From contig MU008175.1 of NCBI GenBank assembly GCA_010909165.1, positions 434,001-498,000 on the forward strand: DNA of 64,000 nt, in the 5' to 3' direction. The position numbers and the translations under genes were made by a program. Positions 58,903-64,000 of the stretch are shown piece after piece. The notes beneath the pieces were generated by a model that saw only the letters and a program-made list of their open reading frames with translations, had not been told where the DNA came from and ran no database searches. Each line of letters starts with the position of its first letter. The stretch's first letter is position 1. The stretch comes from Anthoceros angustus. Lineage: Eukaryota; Plantae; Anthocerotophyta.

Positions 58903-61633
58903 GCAGTGCATTCTTATTCTCCCATGCAGTATTGTCGAGTTGAAGATAGAGGACCTTTGGTAGTAGTCCCTCGTAATTTGAAATTACATGCTGAATATTG
59001 GCTATAGTCAGGTTTGCATCGTTCCAGATGTTCCCATATGCCATGAATAGTTTCGCCGACAAGGTGTAGTTGTAAACCATGCAACCCACAGCGTGGACGT
59101 CGATCAAACCTACATCTGAAAGGTCCTTCGGCAATCGCGTAAAGTGGGGAAGTTGTGTCTTCTGCTTGTCCATCCCGTCGAAAGATATGCCGATATACTT
59201 CGCCGGATCCCCATAGCATTTCACACGGTGCTTGATGCATTTCTCTCTCTCAGACTTCAGTAGCTGCTCGTGCCGTCTCAGATCAGCTTCAAATCCTTCT
59301 GTAAAATAATCAACCAAAGTACATTAAAAAATATACTGCCACTTTAGCGGATGGACATCCACGGTGCGGTGGTCGACGGCCACAGGAGGCGCTGTGCGGC
59401 GCACTCGACAAAATGCGCCCCGACCCGAATGACTTGGCAGCCGACCGGGCGCACGCAGCCGAGGCGCGCTGACTGACAAAACTCGAGGTGGCGGTGACAT
59501 GCACTCGCGGCTGACCGACATATGCCGAACGGTGGACTCCAATAAACCTACAAAACATCTAGTACAAGCAAGTTCAAATCACGTCTCACCTTGTTTTTCT
59601 CTATTTGTCTCGGTCTTTATATTTCGTTTGAGGTAGTCGCAGGTTGTGCACAAGGCAAACCGATTGCTCTTCGGGATTTTGACCTTGTGGAAGTACGTAG
59701 CCCAAAGCTGACAAAAGTACGAATGAAATACAGATCATTGCCACAGACATGGTGCTTGTATTCTTGAAAGACCTTGCCTTTTGTGTAAGAGTCAGGAAGG
59801 TGATACACTTCAATGTTTGGCATTCTCTCGGCAATGAGCATAAACAGTTGGTTCATCCACGAAGATGCATCGATTCGGCCGCCTCATCGAAGAAGGCGCA
59901 TCACGCAATGTTCCGATCGCTCGCCGCTTCTTACCGGCTAGATCCAATACAATAAACGCGTCTGAAGGCCTCTCTACAACAATAGACTTTTCCTCGTCCA
60001 ACAAGAAACGAGTCTACCCCAACCCTTCCATCGCTCCCATCATCGACATCAAAAAGGGATTGTAGACACATCTCTTGCTCCTGCCTGCACATTCTAAGGA
60101 ACCGATACCTCAAATCTCGAAAGGTTGCCTTCCATATTGTCCTCAAGCATTGTCTACCACAACAGGTTCTGCAGAAATCGCGGGTAATACGAACCTCTTC
60201 ACATTTCATCTCAGGCACTTTCGATTGCCTTTTATGAGGGCGTCTACGTACGTGGTGGTCTGCCATGTTCGATAAACGATTCGGACCCGAGCTCCAAATT
60301 ATATGTACGCCTTTGTGGAGGTTGATGTTCAAAGGCACTGTCATCTGAGTCCTCTTCCTCCACAACCTCTTCTGCCGAACGTCTTGGGGCCACTCCAGGT
60401 GGAAACAAGTGTCTTCTAGATATAAGCGGTCTGCATACAGAGGTGGCATTCACCCCAACAGAAGCGGCCATATTTGAATTCGGTGAGTCGTCCCGACGTG
60501 GAGCACCTCCAAGAGGAGTAGTCTTGCGGATAACAGGAATGTACGGCGAGCCCTGTCCGGTTGGAGAAGGACTTTCGTGAATGGCATCCAACATAATGAA
60601 ATGGGCAGGTGTCTTCGGGATGGATATAATTATCGCGATCGGGAGTGGTGGAGGCTGTGCACCTACAGTACGGATTGAACAAAACTGAAATCAGTTAATA
60701 AGAGACTTTTGAATGGATTCGATTTTTGGCACAAGTTTGAACGTCGTACCTTCGTTCAGTACTCCCTCTTCATCTTCAACACCTTGACTGCCAACTTGCA
60801 CTTCCTGCTCGACACCTCGCCGTTGACGCCTCTGACCTCACTCACCAAACGAGACAAATCTCAGAAATGTGAAACGGAAAAGAAGGTCAAGATATGCAAA
60901 TAGTGCTCGCCTGTTTCCTTTGACTGGTCCGGCCACCAGAAGCATGGCAGTTTTCTTCCGACTATTCCATATCGGGAGGAATCTCGCATTGTGACCGAGC
61001 GCCAACATCCAAGTCCTTTGTCTTCAAGAACTTCTTCCATTGCTTCAACGTCGGCAATTCTCCGAGATCCAACAGCTGAGTCGAGGGAACTGTTCGACTT
61101 TGAATTAGGATCAAAGTCACAACATTAAACACACACATGTGAGACAAAAGCTGTAACGTGTGGTGTTGGATGATCCATAATTTGAATTTGAACTTATTAG
61201 GGCAAATCATAGTAACTACGGTAGGATCCAGTTGATGGGACCATACTAGCTTCCTATTTTAGTGCCCGACAATAGGATATTCGAAGCGTAGTGGTTGTAA
61301 GTGATAGACCTTGGACGAGAGTAAAGACGTTGTGCCAAGAAAAAGATGGTATACATTGAGTTGGATGAACCGGAATTTGAAATGGCCCTATTTTAAGCAA
61401 CTGCAATTTAATGACTCAAGAACATGTTCATTGAACCTTTCTTTCCTGCTATTTCAGAGCCTTTTTAGCGTAACTTGCAGGTGTTCAGGCTTTATCATAA
61501 TCCTGTTGATGCAGTGCAAATGCTGATATTTGATTTACGCCGAAGCTCGACCCTCGCCTTCTTCATCAAGCATTGAAGGATCCGGATTCGCATTATTACC
61601 CCAACTTTCCGCACGGAGGACTTTGAAGATTGC

Positions 61634-64000
61634 ATGATGGTGATGGCAAGGATGCTACGGAGCAACAAGCATGCAGCGAATGATCCTCCAGCTGCGTTAG
61701 AGGCCCCCAAACGCATCAAGAAGCAGCGGAAAAATGCAGTTGCCGCTGCAAGAGCAACAGGACCCGTGCAAGGGCGCGTAGCGGATGAGGGGATGCAGAT
61801 TCACGCGGATGTGGTGACAGTAACCCCACCCGCGGTCATGCAGATGAGGGAATCCTCTTATGGTAGTGTCCGGGCATCCACCTCAAAGGGTAGTCAACGG
61901 AAAGGATATGAAGACATGGAAGGCCAGCGAGGGAGTACCAACCTCAGTGGAAATGCAGGAACTGCGATTCCTCATGCTTTTAACTTTGTGGAGCAGCTTT
62001 GTGAAAAAGCTCCAAGATTCTCTTCTAAAGTGGTACAACACCGACTAGGAGTGGAGCGTTATTTCAGAAGAAGAACCGGATGATCTAGGTCTGCCTTGGA
62101 TTCCACTACTGGCCTTATGGATTAACGGTTATAATGGTATTGAGGGGGATTCCCAGGCAAGAATTGGCTGGATTCTTTGTGCAACAGTTGACGGGATGGG
62201 CGAAGATATGCACATACATTTTCTGGTAACCAAGAAACCTCACTTGCACATAACGATGACATCAACACACATCTCCTGCTGATAATGGATGCTGCTAAGA
62301 TTATGGCTCGGCGTTGTGAGCCATGGCGCCAGGTTAAAATCTGCCTTGCACGAGTCTGTTCAAGACGTAAGTAAGTTGTGTTTCAGTTCTGTATCACTTC
62401 CCACATTTAGTTAGGGTTTCGCCTCATGCTAGTATACTAAACCTATTCTGTATGTAGCAGGGGGGAGAACAATTCTTCCGCATTCTACTCCGCTACGCAG
62501 CAGAAGGGGTGCTGAAGAACAGGCAAAAGTAATTAGACGTGCTGGAGATCGGGCCGGAGAGGCGGTGCATGTGCAATTTGCTCCGTTGTCAGGAGGGCAG
62601 GTGGGTGGTGTTGAGACTGAACCGATGCCTATGACCATGCAATCGGAGATGGAGGAGGACGAGGTCCTCGCAGGGCAGGCAGAGCCAAGCTCTCCAGAAG
62701 ACGAGGAGCATTCTCTAGCATCAGGGTCGGATGCGAAGGCGAGCTTGGACAAGGCTGTCCAAGGCTCGAAACATGTCCAAATTCTGGGCTCTTCGGACTC
62801 TGAGGAGTTTGAGGAAGAGATCACCCCTCCTCCTCTGAAGAGGACCCCGGTGTGCCGGGCAGTCGGCGCACAAGGGAAGAAGAAGAAGGGAAAGCATAGC
62901 CTGTCCAGATCTCCGTTGAAGACGAGAAGGCGATTGGCTGGTAAGTTTTATGCTGAGAATCCATCTGCCCCTCAGCAAACTGAATGCATGGAGAAGTTGA
63001 AGCAACTTGTTATGGACTACCATGCAGAGTGCACACCAATCAAGCGCAAGAGGAAGGCAAGGTCTCATGCCGATGATGGAGAAGATATAGCAGGAGGCCG
63101 GAAAAAATCAAGGAAAGGGAGGAAGCTTGCGGAGGAAGAAGCCGTAGCTCGGACAGCGACCAATGATGCCGACAGACTCGAGCTCCTGTCACTGGAAGAT
63201 GACTATCTGGAGATGGTTCGCACTCGTGCTTATAAGAAGCAGGTTCAAACCACCACTTTTGATATTCACATTTCAGTTCTACATCTTGCTTCTTTTCTAA
63301 TGGCAGATGCTCAAATAAGGAAGGTGGATGAGGTATGGATGAAGTGCCTAGTTAGGCAGATGCAAACAGGTCCTGTAAAGGAAGAAACGCTCCCGCTCTT
63401 GTGCATGATTGATCCAGCACAGTGCTTAAAGAAGGAAGATGCAGACCCGGAAGAGATAAGAGCCCAACATTATACCCTAGGGGTCCTTGGAGGGAACCAT
63501 TGCTATGCCGCCATGAAGACCCTGTTCGAAATGTATCCGGCGGAGGATAAATTTCAATGGCTCGAGGGCCATGTCTATGCAAGCTTGACAGAAGAAGAAA
63601 TGAGGGTGCTATCAGTAGATCATAATGTGTATCCAGACAAGAGGAAGAAGCTGGGTATTGAACAAGTCTGATATATACATGATGAGCTAGAGACTTGGCA
63701 CCGGACACACCCCACTGGAAAACCTCCTGTGCATTGGAAGTTCAATGTTTATAAGTTGCTGGGGATGCTGAAGGAGGCTGGAAACTCAAAGGACACCGAT
63801 TATGTCCAGAAGATGGTGGATAGGAAGACTTTACCATTAAGGATTGCGAGATGCAGAGGTAAATTATGGGAGAACGTGGACACCATTTTCAGACTGTGGG
63901 AGAAGTGCGAACTCCCAGCGGTGTGGACGTCGCGTGACGACGAAGCGCGAAAGCTTAAACGCAAGCCACAAGACCCTACCACTCATCTCAAGACTTGAAC
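61634..64000 (+). CDS. second ParB/Srx-like protein gene, divergent from transposase copy 2, running off the window; contains in-frame stops
   Basis: RKVDEVW...LPLLCMIDPA.C...LGVLGGNHCYAAMKTL...LEGHVYA.LT.EEMRVLS.DHN..DKRKK...EQV*YIHD...WKFNVYKLLG...WEN.D.IF..W aligns with 43130-43870. The stop at 63669 fits a CGA>TGA change (the other copy has VRYLHD). Upstream exons at 61.6-62.4 kb are uncertain. Confidence 0.7.

Larger units (their letters stand above)
56632..60594 (-). pseudogene. DDE/D-type transposase (same family), copy 2, interrupted by a solo LTR
   Basis: CCGRQCL...R.RF....EQ...YCCREAFRRVYCIGSSR; LPDSYTKGKVFQEY; ISFDGMDKQKTQLPHF.RLPK; LPKVLYLQLDNTAWENKNA|LLFSYLNMLVELKVFQKV; GHTHDQVDQMF. 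Confidence 0.82.

Noticed and set aside
38100-64000. Bacterial contamination as the source of the ParB-MTase genes
   Set aside because: The genes carry GT-AG introns, are interrupted by plant-type Gypsy sequences (one with a TSD), and are contiguous with plant nuclear genes.

Overview
Eukaryotic nuclear DNA from a compact-genome land plant. Short GT-AG introns, PsaN and RHIP1 indicate a land plant, and a flagellar RSPH10B gene points to a lineage with flagellated sperm such as a hornwort or lycophyte (inference). Bases 1-33 kb are gene-dense: tRNA-Arg(ACG) plus two decayed copies, TAF7-like, RRP43, an uncharacterised intronless ORF, duplicated PsaN, RSPH10B, an O-fucosyltransferase, a ricin-lectin/DUF642 membrane protein, a PLD-type PGS1 and RHIP1. 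Bases 33.6-64 kb are a transposon nest. The main finding is there: two diverged copies of an apparent DNA-transposon family, each with a DDE-type transposase (DGMD / LQLDN..ENKN / GHTHD.[IV]DQMF signature) head-to-head with a ParB/Srx-like protein gene. In copy 1 that gene continues into a beta-class DNA amino-methyltransferase (N6A/N4C fold). A further ORF downstream shares a beta-barrel-like module with the transposase C-terminus. A palindrome, GGCGCCGG-N4-CCGGCGCC, recurs about ten times in these elements. Ty3/Gypsy sequences have inserted into both copies. Many TE frameshifts fall at CHG sites or homopolymers, and five 1-1.7 kb tandem duplications differ largely by indels, so part of the apparent decay and duplication may be long-read assembly artefact. 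All family assignments come from motif recognition by eye; no searches were run.
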